Assembly: GCA_046155815.1 (NCBI GenBank)
Contig: JBJXFY010000210.1
Span: forward strand, 1 to 39,688
Source: Limisphaerales bacterium
Lineage (GTDB): Bacteria > Verrucomicrobiota > Verrucomicrobiia > Limisphaerales > CAIMTB01
Length of the DNA: 39,688 bases
Reading direction: 5' to 3'
Positions 1 to 9,639 of this stretch are shown piece by piece (position 1 is the first letter of the stretch; each line of letters starts with the position of its first letter). A program made the translations under genes and the position numbers. The notes beneath the pieces are model-generated. The model was not told the origin of the DNA, searched no databases, and saw nothing but the letters and a program-made list of their open reading frames with translations.

Positions 1-615
1 GGCGATTTCCTCCAGGGTGCGGCGGTTCGTCCGGCCGCAGGCTTCGCCTGGCATGCTGAGCGGGCTGCTGGCGAAGGTGCCGGTGAGTCCGCGCGCGCCG
101 AGGTGGGGACGGCCATCGAGCATCAGACAGCCGCTGATGCCCGTGCCAATGGTGAGGTAAAGGAACTGGGAAAAAGCCCGGCCCGCGCCGAAGCGGGCCT
201 CGGCCAGCGCGGCGGCGCGCACGTCGGCCTCGAAGCACGCCGGGGCCACCGCCGAAAGCTCGTCCAGCACCGGCAGGTCCAGCCACGGCAGGCAGTTGGC
301 GCTGGCCGGCCGGCCGGCGCAGTCCACCAGTTCGCAGACGCCCAGGCCAAGGGCGCGGACGGAGGCGCCGGCCGCGGCGGCCTCGGCGGCGAGTTCGTGC
401 GCGAGGCGAAGGACATCGTCGAGCACGGCCCGGCCGCCGCGTTCCGCGCCGGTGGGGATCACGCGGCGCGCCAGCACGTGGCCTCCAGGCAGCGCGGCGA
501 GCCCGGCGGCGATCTTCGTGCCGCCGAGGTCGAAGCCGAGGGCGTGTTGAACCGAAGGCAGCGACGGGAGCGGGGAAGGCGTGCCGCCGCCGGATTCGTG
601 TCCGTTCGTGCTCAT
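1..615 (-). CDS. ROK family sugar kinase (3' end runs off the window)
   Basis: Not in ORF track. Manual minus-strand translation gives MSTNGHE...ALGFDLGGTKIAAGL...LGLGVCELVD...FEADVRAAALAEARFGAG...FLYLTIGTGISG, which are ROK motifs. Confidence 0.85.
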   Translation of the reverse strand, partial: MSTNGHESGGGTPSPLPSLPSVQHALGFDLGGTKIAAGLAALPGGHVLARRVIPTGAERGGRAVLDDVLRLAHELAAEAAAAGASVRALGLGVCELVDCAGRPASANCLPWLDLPVLDELSAVAPACFEADVRAAALAEARFGAGRAFSQFLYLTIGTGISGCLMLDGRPHLGARGLTGTFASSPLSMPGEACGRTNRRTLEEIA

Positions 616-623
616 TCGTGGTG
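594..623 (-). repeat. Three tandem ~10-bp units (REP-like half element) overlapping the ROK start codon
   Basis: Minus strand reads CCACCACGAAT GAGCACGAAC GGACACGAAT. Same periodic build as the element at 8642-8737. Confidence 0.55.
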
Positions 624-631
624 GATTCCCT

Positions 632-1369
632 TCATCCGCCGGGCCGGAGGACGGCGCTCCGCACGCCGGCCGCCGCGGCGGTGTCCACGAGAACCTCGGT
701 GGCCGGGTGCCCTTGGAGCAGCGAGGCGGGGCACTGTGGCGTGCGCGGCCCTTCAAGCATGGCCTGCAGGGCGCCGGTTTTGTGCGGGCCGAACGCGAGC
801 AGCAGGATGCGGCGCGCCGCGAGGATCGTCTTCATGCCCACCGTCGCCCCGCGCGCAGGCGCGTAGTTGCCGCCGAACCACTGCCGGTTCGCCTCCACGG
901 AAATGGGGTCGAGATCCAGCACGCGCGCCGCTGTTTCCTCGGTGCTGCCCGGCTCGTTGAAGCCGAGGTGGCCGTTTTGCCCGAGGCCGAGCACGAGCAC
1001 GTCCAGCCCGCCGGCCGCGGCGATGCGGGCCTCGTGCCGCTGCACGCTGGCGAGCGCGTCGGCCTCGACGGAGCTGACGGTGAAGTACCTTTGCGCCGGC
1101 ACGCCCCACGGTTCGGCGGCCGTGCGGCGGATGAGGTTGGCACAGTTGCGCGGTTCCTCCGGCGGCACGCCGACGTACTCGTCGAGCGCGTGGAGGTGGA
1201 GATGCGCGAGCGCGAGGCCGCGGCTGGCGACGAGGCGGTACAGCGCGAGCGGCGTGTTGCCCGCGGCGAGCATGACCTGGCGCGTGTCCGGCGCGGCGAG
1301 CCACGCGGCGAGGAGGTCGGCCGCGGCGGTGTTGGCGGCATCGGGTGTGGCGGAGACCTGGACGTTCAT
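632..1369 (-). CDS. nagB: Glucosamine-6-phosphate deaminase/isomerase family protein (NagB-like)
   Basis: LAAGNTP, ALDEYVG, LGLGQNGHLGFNEPG, TVGMKTIL, CPASLLQGHP. Catalytic Asp/His/Glu positions are present. Start overlaps the upstream stop (ATGA). Confidence 0.85.
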   Translation of the reverse strand: MNVQVSATPDAANTAAADLLAAWLAAPDTRQVMLAAGNTPLALYRLVASRGLALAHLHLHALDEYVGVPPEEPRNCANLIRRTAAEPWGVPAQRYFTVSSVEADALASVQRHEARIAAAGGLDVLVLGLGQNGHLGFNEPGSTEETAARVLDLDPISVEANRQWFGGNYAPARGATVGMKTILAARRILLLAFGPHKTGALQAMLEGPRTPQCPASLLQGHPATEVLVDTAAAAGVRSAVLRPGG

Positions 1370-2322
1370 GCCGCGCCTCCCGCGCCGGCCACGCCGCGGG
1401 CGAGGGCACGGATGTAGGCCGCGTTGCAGCCGCAGCAGCCGCCGGCGTAGCCGATGCCTTCGCTCCGCGCCTGCTTGCCGAACTCGAAGAACTCGCGCCG
1501 CGAGACCTGGATCGTCTCCAGGTCGTCCGGGAACGCGGGCAGACGCGTGAACGAGTGGCACTGCTCCGTGGTGTGGAAGGCGGCGGGCTGCGCGGCCAGC
1601 GGCACGTTCACGGCACCGCGCATCTTGCGGAGCAGCGCGAGCATCCTTGCCGGCTCCTGCTCGCAGTTCGCGCCCACGGCCACGGCGCCGAGGTCCGCCA
1701 TGACGCGCGCGCACTCGGCCGGCGGGTGGCCGTCGGTGCACTGCGTGACGAGCGGGCGGAAGCTCATCGTGGCCACGGCCGGGAGCCCCACGTCGGCCGC
1801 ACATTTCAAGGCGACCCGCATCTCGGCGAGGTGGAAGAAGGTCTCGAGGATCAGGAAGTCCACGCCGGCGTCCTTGAGCATGCGGATCTGCTCGGCGAGA
1901 TGATCGCGCGACTTGTCGAGCGAACCGATGCCCTCGCGCTCGGTAAGCTGCGTGCGCGAGACGCTGCCGGCCACGAGGGCCCTGCTTCCCGCAATCTCCT
2001 TCGCGAGCTTCACGGCGGCGTGGTTGATGCGCTCCGTGTCCGCGCCGTAGCCCGCGCGGCCGAGCTTCTCGCGCGTGCCGAAGAAGGTCAGCGCCTGCAG
2101 CACCTGCGAGCCGGCGCCGAGGAATTCGCGGTGCAGCTCGCGCAGCGCGCCGGGGTTCTCGATGGCGACCTCGGGCGTGAACTGCCCGCTGCCGCGGCCG
2201 GTGCCGACCTTCTCGCGGCCGGAGCCGCTGTCCACGTGGCCGCGGCGCTCGAGTTCGATGAGGTAGCCGCCATCGCCGAGGACGACGCCGGACTGCAGGA
2301 GTTCAGTGAGGGGGGAAGGCAT
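1366..2322 (-). CDS. Homocysteine S-methyltransferase family protein, betaine-homocysteine methyltransferase (BHMT)-like
   Basis: GDGGYLIELERRG, FTPEVAIENPGALRELHREFLGAGSQVLQ, ILETF, Zn ligands GANC and GGCCG, and QPAAFHT...LPAFP, which recalls BHMT. Confidence 0.9.
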   Translation of the reverse strand: MPSPLTELLQSGVVLGDGGYLIELERRGHVDSGSGREKVGTGRGSGQFTPEVAIENPGALRELHREFLGAGSQVLQALTFFGTREKLGRAGYGADTERINHAAVKLAKEIAGSRALVAGSVSRTQLTEREGIGSLDKSRDHLAEQIRMLKDAGVDFLILETFFHLAEMRVALKCAADVGLPAVATMSFRPLVTQCTDGHPPAECARVMADLGAVAVGANCEQEPARMLALLRKMRGAVNVPLAAQPAAFHTTEQCHSFTRLPAFPDDLETIQVSRREFFEFGKQARSEGIGYAGGCCGCNAAYIRALARGVAGAGGAA

Positions 2323-2324
2323 GG

Positions 2325-3212
2325 TCAGGAATGAGGATGGCGGATTGGGGAATGCGGAACGACCGGCTCGCGCGACAGCGCGGCGACCGAGGCGAGCGCA
2401 ACGGCGACGCCGAGCGCTTCGCGGGCGCCGATCTTTTCGCCGAGCAGCAGCAGCGCGAGGCCGATGCTGACGAGCGGGAAGAGGTTGACCAGCGGGGCCA
2501 CGACGGCCGCCTTGCCGCCGGCCGCGTAGGCGGCGAGCACGGCGAAGTTGCCGAACGCGAGCAGGAAGCCGAGCGCCACCACCAGCGCCCAGGTGCGGCC
2601 GGTGACCTCCGCGGGCCAAGGCTCGCGCAGTGCGTACCAGACGCCCATCGGCACGAACGCGCCGAGGTACACCAGCGCCGCGGCCTCCGCCGAGGTATCC
2701 TGCGTGGCCAGCTTCTGGAGGAATCCGGACAGGCCCCACAGCAGGATCGGCGGCAGCGCCACCACCACGGTCGGCGAGAGCAGGCCGGCGCCGTCGGAGA
2801 CGTTGAAGAGCCAGATGGCGACGAAGGCCAGCCCCAGCCCAGCCGCCTGCACCGCGCCCAGTTTTTCGCGCAACAGCACGAGCGCCAGCAGCACGGTGAC
2901 GACCGGCGCCAGGGCCACCAGCGAGATCACCGAGGCGAAGCGCTCGCCCCGAGCGGCGGCCGCATAATACGGGATGTTTGCGAGGCACGAGACCACGCCG
3001 CCGGCGAGGGCCAGCAGCAGCCCGCGCCGCGAGGCCCGGCGGAGCCGTCCACGACCGGACAGCGCGAGCAGCGCCAGCACCGGCAGGAAGCCCAGCGTCG
3101 AAAGCGCCTGGTTCTGCTCCGCCGTCAGGGCGCTGCCGAGCAGGCGGGAAAGGAAGGCCCAGCCTCCCCACGCGGCGAGCGTGAGCAGGGTCCAGAGCAG
3201 CCAGGCGGGCAT
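2325..3212 (-). CDS. EamA/DMT family membrane transporter
   Basis: About 10 hydrophobic segments in two repeats ending LLREKL and LLLGEKIG; GGKAAVVAPL motif. Confidence 0.85.
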   Translation of the reverse strand: MPAWLLWTLLTLAAWGGWAFLSRLLGSALTAEQNQALSTLGFLPVLALLALSGRGRLRRASRRGLLLALAGGVVSCLANIPYYAAAARGERFASVISLVALAPVVTVLLALVLLREKLGAVQAAGLGLAFVAIWLFNVSDGAGLLSPTVVVALPPILLWGLSGFLQKLATQDTSAEAAALVYLGAFVPMGVWYALREPWPAEVTGRTWALVVALGFLLAFGNFAVLAAYAAGGKAAVVAPLVNLFPLVSIGLALLLLGEKIGAREALGVAVALASVAALSREPVVPHSPIRHPHS

Positions 3213-3214
3213 TC

Positions 3215-3841
3215 TCACGGCAGCTCCTTCACGCGCAGGCTGCGGAAGCGCACGGTTTTTCCGTCGTCGTAGCTCTGCAGGCCGAGGTGGCCGGAGGCCG
3301 TGCGGCGTTCCGGGTCGGTCCAGGAAGTGACGAGCCGGCCGTTGAGGCGCACCTCGTAGAGCTGGTTGGTGCAGAGAAGCTCGAACTCGTTCCATTCACC
3401 GGGGGCGCGGGTGTTGGCCGCGGCCGAGGCCGCGAACGGATAGATCGAGCCGGTGCGCCACGCCGGCTTTTCCGGCTCCGGGTCGCCAATCTCCAGCTCG
3501 TGCCCGCGCTTCACCGCCATCCACGGGTCGTCGCCGGGCGGAGGGAAGCGCACGAACACGCCGGAATCCGCGGCCGGCTGCTCCTGCACGAACTCGCCGC
3601 GCAGCACGAAGTTCGTGAAGATGCGGTTCGTATACCACCACAGGCCCATTCCGCCGTGCGCCGTGGCGACCCCGTCCTCCAGCGTGAAGCCGCCGGGGCG
3701 GAACTGCGTCCAGCCCGCGGCGGCCGGCGCGGCGAGCAGCGGCGTGAAGCCCGGCTCCGCCGCCGGCCCTTGGTCCGCCGCAAGGAGGGCGGCGGCGAAG
3801 GCCGGCACGGCGAGGCTCGGGAGCGCGGCGCACGGACGCAT
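3215..3841 (-). CDS. DUF1080 (3-keto-disaccharide hydrolase-like) exported protein
   Basis: Signal peptide, then NFVLRGEF, DSGVFVR, TGSIY, GEWNEFEL, NG, GHLGLQSYD, VRFRSLRVKEL. Confidence 0.9.
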   Translation of the reverse strand: MRPCAALPSLAVPAFAAALLAADQGPAAEPGFTPLLAAPAAAGWTQFRPGGFTLEDGVATAHGGMGLWWYTNRIFTNFVLRGEFVQEQPAADSGVFVRFPPPGDDPWMAVKRGHELEIGDPEPEKPAWRTGSIYPFAASAAANTRAPGEWNEFELLCTNQLYEVRLNGRLVTSWTDPERRTASGHLGLQSYDDGKTVRFRSLRVKELP

Positions 3842-3880
3842 GAACGCCCTGTGACTGCCACCGAACCGCCGGTGCGGCAA

Positions 3881-3912
3881 TGCACTTGGGTGCAAAACAA
3901 ATTGAGTTTTTG
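3881..3912. promoter_or_regulatory. Candidate operator / divergent promoter region
   Basis: Perfect inverted repeat TGCAC-TTGG-GTGCA (3881-3894), followed by AT-rich CAAAA-N10-TTTTG, between the catabolic operon and its divergent regulator. Confidence 0.4.
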
Positions 3913-3936
3913 TCCACACCCGCGGAAACCGTCCCC

Positions 3937-5121
3937 GTGCCCCGCCGCGCCGCCCCTCCCGCCGCCCGGCGCCGCGTGGCCGTGTGCGTGGACAAGAGCC
4001 GCGCCTACGGCCGCGGCGTGCTGCGCGGCATCGCCGGGTACGTCGAGACGCACGGCCGGTGGTCGCTCACGCTGCACCCGCGCGCCTCGGGCCGCTACAG
4101 CGCGGACTGGCTGCGCGACTGGCAGGGCGACGGCGTGCTGGCCTTCATCGAGGACGAAGCCGTGGCGGCGGCGCTGCGCCACGCGCGCCTCCCGGCCATC
4201 GAGCTGTTCGGCCACCGGCTGGACCTCGGCCTGCCGCACGTCGGCAACGACGAGGAGGCCATCGGCCGGCTTGCGGCGGAGCACCTGCTGGCGCGGCAGT
4301 TCCGCCACTTTGCCTTCGCCGGCCTGACGGACGCGCTGTGGTCGGAACGGCGGCGGCGCGGCTTCGCGGAGCGCCTGGGTAGGGCGAAGCTGCGGCCGGA
4401 GACGTTCGCCTGCGCGGATGATGACGACGCCAGCCTCGCCGCGTGGGAGGCGAACCAGCGCCGGCTCCGCGCCTGGCTGCGCGGCCTGCCCCGCCCGGCC
4501 GCCGTAATGGCCGCCAGCGACCGCCTCGCGCTGCGCCTGCTCGATGCCTGCCGCGCGGAGGGCCTCGGCGTGCCGGAGCAGCTCGCCGTGATCGGCGTGG
4601 ACAACGACGAGGAAACCTGCCGCCTCGCGGACCCGCCGCTGACGAGCGTGTGCGACGACGCGCCGGAAGTCGGCCGGCGCGCCGCGGCGCTGCTGGACGC
4701 CTGGATGTCCGGCCGGCGCGTGGCGAAGGACACGCTCATCCTCGTCCCGCCGGCCGGCGTGGCCACGCGGCGCTCGACCGAAGTCACCGCCGTGGACGAC
4801 CCGCTGGTGGCGCGGGCCTGCGGGCTGATCCGCGAGCGCGCCTGCGACGGGTTGACGGCTGCCGGGCTGGCCCGCGAGCTGCGGGTGTCACGGAGCCATT
4901 TCTACGCGCGTTTCCGCCGCGCGCTGGGCCGCCGGCCGCACGAGGAGATTCTGCGGACGCGCCTCGAACTTGCGCAGGCGCTGCTGCGGCAGGGCGCGCT
5001 GTCCGCGGCGGAGGTCGCCGCCCGCTGCGGCTTCGCGCATCCGGAGTACCTGACCGTGGCGTTCAAGCGCGAGCTGGGCGTGACACCGGGGGCGTTCCGG
5101 CTGCGCGGCGGCCCTGGTTGA
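3937..5121 (+). CDS. XylR-type transcriptional regulator (periplasmic-binding-protein fold plus C-terminal AraC HTH)
   Basis: YGRGVLRGI, VPEQLAVIGVDND, PPLTSV, VATRRST, CGFAHPEYLTVAFKRELGVTPGAFR. GTG start is inferred. Confidence 0.9.
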   Translation: MPRRAAPPAARRRVAVCVDKSRAYGRGVLRGIAGYVETHGRWSLTLHPRASGRYSADWLRDWQGDGVLAFIEDEAVAAALRHARLPAIELFGHRLDLGLPHVGNDEEAIGRLAAEHLLARQFRHFAFAGLTDALWSERRRRGFAERLGRAKLRPETFACADDDDASLAAWEANQRRLRAWLRGLPRPAAVMAASDRLALRLLDACRAEGLGVPEQLAVIGVDNDEETCRLADPPLTSVCDDAPEVGRRAAALLDAWMSGRRVAKDTLILVPPAGVATRRSTEVTAVDDPLVARACGLIRERACDGLTAAGLARELRVSRSHFYARFRRALGRRPHEEILRTRLELAQALLRQGALSAAEVAARCGFAHPEYLTVAFKRELGVTPGAFRLRGGPG

Positions 5122-5196
5122 AGGCCTGCCCGCGGCGTGGCCCGCCGCCGTCCTTTTGAATTGCCCCGCCGTTCCGTTCCGTCCGAAATCCGTCCC

Positions 5197-6654
5197 ATGA
5201 ACTCCCTGACCCGCCGGTCCTTCGTCAAGCGCACCGCCACCACTGCCGCCGTGCTGTCCGCCGCGTCCTGGAACCGCGTGCTCGGCTCGAACGAGGCCGT
5301 GCGCGTCGGCGTCATCGGCTTCCGCGGCCGGGGCGGCGACCACATCGGCGGCCTGTCAGGCATCCCCGGCGTCCGCATGGCGGGCCTGTGCGACGTGGAC
5401 GGCAAGGTGCTCGACGCCGAGGTGAAGAAGCGCAACGAGAAGGGCGAGGACGTGAAGGGCTTCACGGACATGCGGAAGCTTTTCGAGGACAAGTCCATTG
5501 ACGTCGTCACCACCGCGACGCCGAACCACTGGCACGCGTTGCTCACCGTCTGGGCCTGCCAGGCCGGCAAGGACGTGTACTGCGAGAAGCCCGTGTCCCA
5601 CAATGTCTGGGAGGGCCGCCAGGCCGTGAACGCCGCGCGCAAGTACAACCGCGTGGTCCAGACCGGCACGCAGAGCCGCTCGAGCCACGCGATCAAGGAG
5701 GCCGTCGAGTGGGTCCAGGCCGGCAACCTCGGCAAGATCACCCTCGCGCGCGGCCTCTGCTACAAGCCGCGCCGCAGCATCGGCAAGGTCACCGCGCCGA
5801 CGCCCATCCCGCCGGGGATTGACTACGACCTCTGGTGCGGCCCCGCGCCGATGGTCCCGCTGATGCGGCAGAACCTCCACTACGACTGGCACTGGGTCTG
5901 GGACACCGGCAACGGCGACGTCGGCAACCAGGGCATCCACCAGATGGACATCGCCCGCTGGTTCCTGGGCGAGCAGGAGCTGTCCTCCCGCGTCATCAGC
6001 GCCGGCGGCCGGCTCGGCTACGTGGACGACGGCCAGACCCCCAATACGCAGGTGGTGTACCACCATTACGACCGCGCGCCGCTCATCTTCGAGGTGCGCG
6101 GCCTGCCCCAGGACAGGGCCAGCCAGGCCGACGCGCTCTGGACCAAGAGCATGGACAAGTTCATGGGCGGCTCCGTCGCGGTCGTCATCCACTGCGAGGG
6201 CGGCCACGTCCTTGTGCCTTCCTACTCGGAAGCCGTCGCCTTGGACACCACCGGCACGGAGCTGAAGCGCTGGAAGGGCGCGAAGAACCACTACGAGAAC
6301 TGGATCGAGGCCGTGCGCGCGCGGAAGCCGGCTCTGCTCACCGCCGACATCCTCGAGGGCCACCTCTCCAGCGCGCTCTGCCACACCGGCAACGTCTCGT
6401 ACCTGCTGGGCAGCCGGATGAAGCCCGGCGAGGCCCGCGAGCGGCTGGCCGGTTTCAGCGGGCTCCACGAGGCGTACGACCGCATGGTCGAGCATCTGCG
6501 GAGGAACGAGATCAACCTGGACGAGGACAGACTGGCCCTCGGCGCCGGCCTGACGATGGACCCGAAGACCGAGCGGTTTGCCGGCAACGACGCGGCCAAC
6601 CGCCTGCTGACCCGCGAGTACCGGAAGCCCTACGTCGTGCCGGAACAGGTGTAG
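5197..6654 (+). CDS. Gfo/Idh/MocA family oxidoreductase with Tat signal
   Basis: TRRSFVK Tat motif, VRVGVIG, ATPNHWH, KDVYCEKP, QTGTQSRS, NQGIHQMD. Confidence 0.93.
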   Translation: MNSLTRRSFVKRTATTAAVLSAASWNRVLGSNEAVRVGVIGFRGRGGDHIGGLSGIPGVRMAGLCDVDGKVLDAEVKKRNEKGEDVKGFTDMRKLFEDKSIDVVTTATPNHWHALLTVWACQAGKDVYCEKPVSHNVWEGRQAVNAARKYNRVVQTGTQSRSSHAIKEAVEWVQAGNLGKITLARGLCYKPRRSIGKVTAPTPIPPGIDYDLWCGPAPMVPLMRQNLHYDWHWVWDTGNGDVGNQGIHQMDIARWFLGEQELSSRVISAGGRLGYVDDGQTPNTQVVYHHYDRAPLIFEVRGLPQDRASQADALWTKSMDKFMGGSVAVVIHCEGGHVLVPSYSEAVALDTTGTELKRWKGAKNHYENWIEAVRARKPALLTADILEGHLSSALCHTGNVSYLLGSRMKPGEARERLAGFSGLHEAYDRMVEHLRRNEINLDEDRLALGAGLTMDPKTERFAGNDAANRLLTREYRKPYVVPEQV

Positions 6655-6667
6655 CGCCGGGCGGCCC

Positions 6668-7647
6668 TCAGATCTCCCCCGCGCGCACGCAGGCCAAGTC
6701 CCGGCCGTCGTGCGGCCGCAGTTCCGGGCGTTCCCCGCGGCAGCGCTCCTCGGCATACGGGCAGCGCGGGTGGAAGGCGCAGCCGGCCGGCGGGTTCAGC
6801 GGCGAGGGCGGGTCGCCCGCGAGGATCACGCGGGCCCGCGCCCGCTCGCGGTCCGGGTCCGGCAGCGGCACGGCGCTGACCAGGGCGCGCGTGTAGGGAT
6901 GCGCCGGCCGCGAGAAGATGTCCGCCGCCGGCCCCAGCTCGACGATCCGGCCGAGGTACATCACCGCGATGCGGTTGCTGATGTGCTTCACCACGGCGAG
7001 GTCGTGCGAGATGAAGACGAGCGTCAGTCCCAGCTCCCGCGAGAGTTTCGCCAGCAGGTGGATGCTCTGCGCCGGGATCGCGACGTCGAGCGCGCGCACC
7101 GGCTCGTCGGCCACGATGAGCCGCGGCCCGACGGCGAGGGCGCGGGCGATGGCGATGCGCTGCCGCTGGCCGCCGGAGAATTCGTGCGGGTACTTCCGCT
7201 GGAAGCGCGGCGCCAGGCCCACCTGCTCCATCAGCGCGGCCACGCGCCCGGGCAGCTCCGTCGCCGGCACGTTGCGGTGCGCACGCAGGGCCTCGGCCAG
7301 CGTGGCAAAGACCGTCATGCGCGGGTTCAGCGAGGCGTAGGGATCCTGGAAAATCATCTGGAAATCCCGCCGGGCCATCCGCAGTTCCGCCGGGGGCATC
7401 GTGGCGAGGTTGCGGCCGGCGAGCACGACGGCCCCGGCGGTCGGCCGCACGAGCTGGAGGATGGTGCGGCCGAGCGTGGACTTGCCGCAGCCGGACTCGC
7501 CCACGAGTCCGAGGATCTCGCCCTCCCGCAGGTCGAGGGAAACGCCGTCCACCGCGCGCACGGTCCCGGTGCGCCGCCGGAAGACGACGCCGCGCTCGAC
7601 GGGGAAATGCGTCCGCACGTCGCGCAGCTCGAGGAAGGGGGCGGGAC

Positions 7648-7651
<4 letters not shown>
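6668..7651 (-). CDS. oppF: Oligopeptide/dipeptide ABC transporter ATPase (OppF/DppF)
   Basis: GESGCGKST, FSGGQRQR, ADEP, ISHDL, C-terminal GCAFHPRCP. Post-Walker-B segment has atypical residues. Confidence 0.9.
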
Positions 7652-8631
<980 letters not shown>

Positions 8632-8641
8632 CAGGATGGGG

Positions 8642-8737
8642 ATCCGCAGATGGACGCAGACGGACGCAGATGGAGGTGCCCCAAAGCGCCGGCCCCGCCC
8701 TTCGATGATCTGCGTCGTGCCGCGTTCATCTGTGGAT
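8642..8737. repeat. REP-like imperfect inverted repeat built from three 10-bp units per arm
   Basis: ATCCGCAGATGGACGCAGACGGACGCAGAT (8642-8671) versus the reverse complement of 8708-8737, ATCCACAGATGAACGCGGCACGACGCAGAT: 24/30 identical by hand count. Lies between oppC and oppD. Confidence 0.75.
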
Positions 8738-8748
8738 GAATTCCCGCG

Positions 8749-9639
8749 TCAGTCCTTCGCCGCCCGCACGTCCAGCGCGTCGCGCAGGCCGTCGCCGATG
8801 AAGTTCAGCGAGAACAGCGTGAGCGCGAAGGCGCCGCCCGGGAAGAGCAGCAGCCACGGGTATTCGCGCATCACCTCCGCGCCCTCCTTGATGAGCACGC
8901 CCCATGAGCTGAGCGGCGGCGGCACGCCCAGGCCGAGGAAGCTCAGGAACGCCTCCAGCAGCATCACCATCGGCACGGTGAGCGTGGCGTACACGATGAT
9001 CGGCCCGAGCGCGTTCGGGATCATGTGCCGCACGATGATGACGCGGCGGCGCAGGCCGAGCGCGACGGCCGCCTCGACGAATTCCTGCCGCTTCAGGGCC
9101 ATGACCTGGGCGCGGACGATGCGCGCCATGGTGAGCCACTCGACCGCGCCGATGGCCACGAACAGCAGCCAGAACTGCTGCCCGAAGAAGACCATCAGAA
9201 GGATCACGAAGATCGTGAACGGAATGGCGTACACCAGCTCGACGAAGCGCATCATCGCCGCGTCCAGCTTGCCGCCGACGTAGCCGGCGATGGCGCCGTA
9301 GAGCACGCCGATGACGAGGGACACGGCGGTCGCGAGCAGGCCGACGCTGAGCGAGATGAGGCCGCCGTAGCCCATGCGCGTGAGCAGGTCGCGCCCGAGC
9401 TGGTCCGTGCCGAGCCAGTGGGCGCGGCCGGGCGGGGCGGCGCCGAGGGCGAGGTTCTGCGCCGTGTAGCCGTAGGGGCTGAGCAGCACGGCGGCGAACG
9501 AGCCGAGCGTGACCAGCGCGAGCAGGACGAGGCCGGCCACGGCGAGGCGGTTGCGCCGGAGGCGGTGCCAGGCATCGCGCCCGAGCGAGGAGGGAGCCTC
9601 GGCTTCCTCCGTGAGGGCGGGGGCGGCGGCGGCGTTCAT
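8749..9639 (-). CDS. oppC: Oligopeptide ABC transporter permease (OppC)
   Basis: AWHRLRRNRLA, HWLGTDQLGRDLLTR, EFVEAAVALG (EAA loop), FIGDGLRDALD. Confidence 0.93.
   Translation of the reverse strand: MNAAAAPALTEEAEAPSSLGRDAWHRLRRNRLAVAGLVLLALVTLGSFAAVLLSPYGYTAQNLALGAAPPGRAHWLGTDQLGRDLLTRMGYGGLISLSVGLLATAVSLVIGVLYGAIAGYVGGKLDAAMMRFVELVYAIPFTIFVILLMVFFGQQFWLLFVAIGAVEWLTMARIVRAQVMALKRQEFVEAAVALGLRRRVIIVRHMIPNALGPIIVYATLTVPMVMLLEAFLSFLGLGVPPPLSSWGVLIKEGAEVMREYPWLLLFPGGAFALTLFSLNFIGDGLRDALDVRAAKD

Noticed and set aside
1366-3171. Apparent 601-aa N-terminally extended methyltransferase
   Set aside because: The extension overlaps the EamA gene in another frame; the recognisable domain starts at 2322.
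8642-8737. Possible CRISPR array
   Set aside because: Units are 10 bp with no unique spacers, arranged as an inverted pair; no cas genes in the window.
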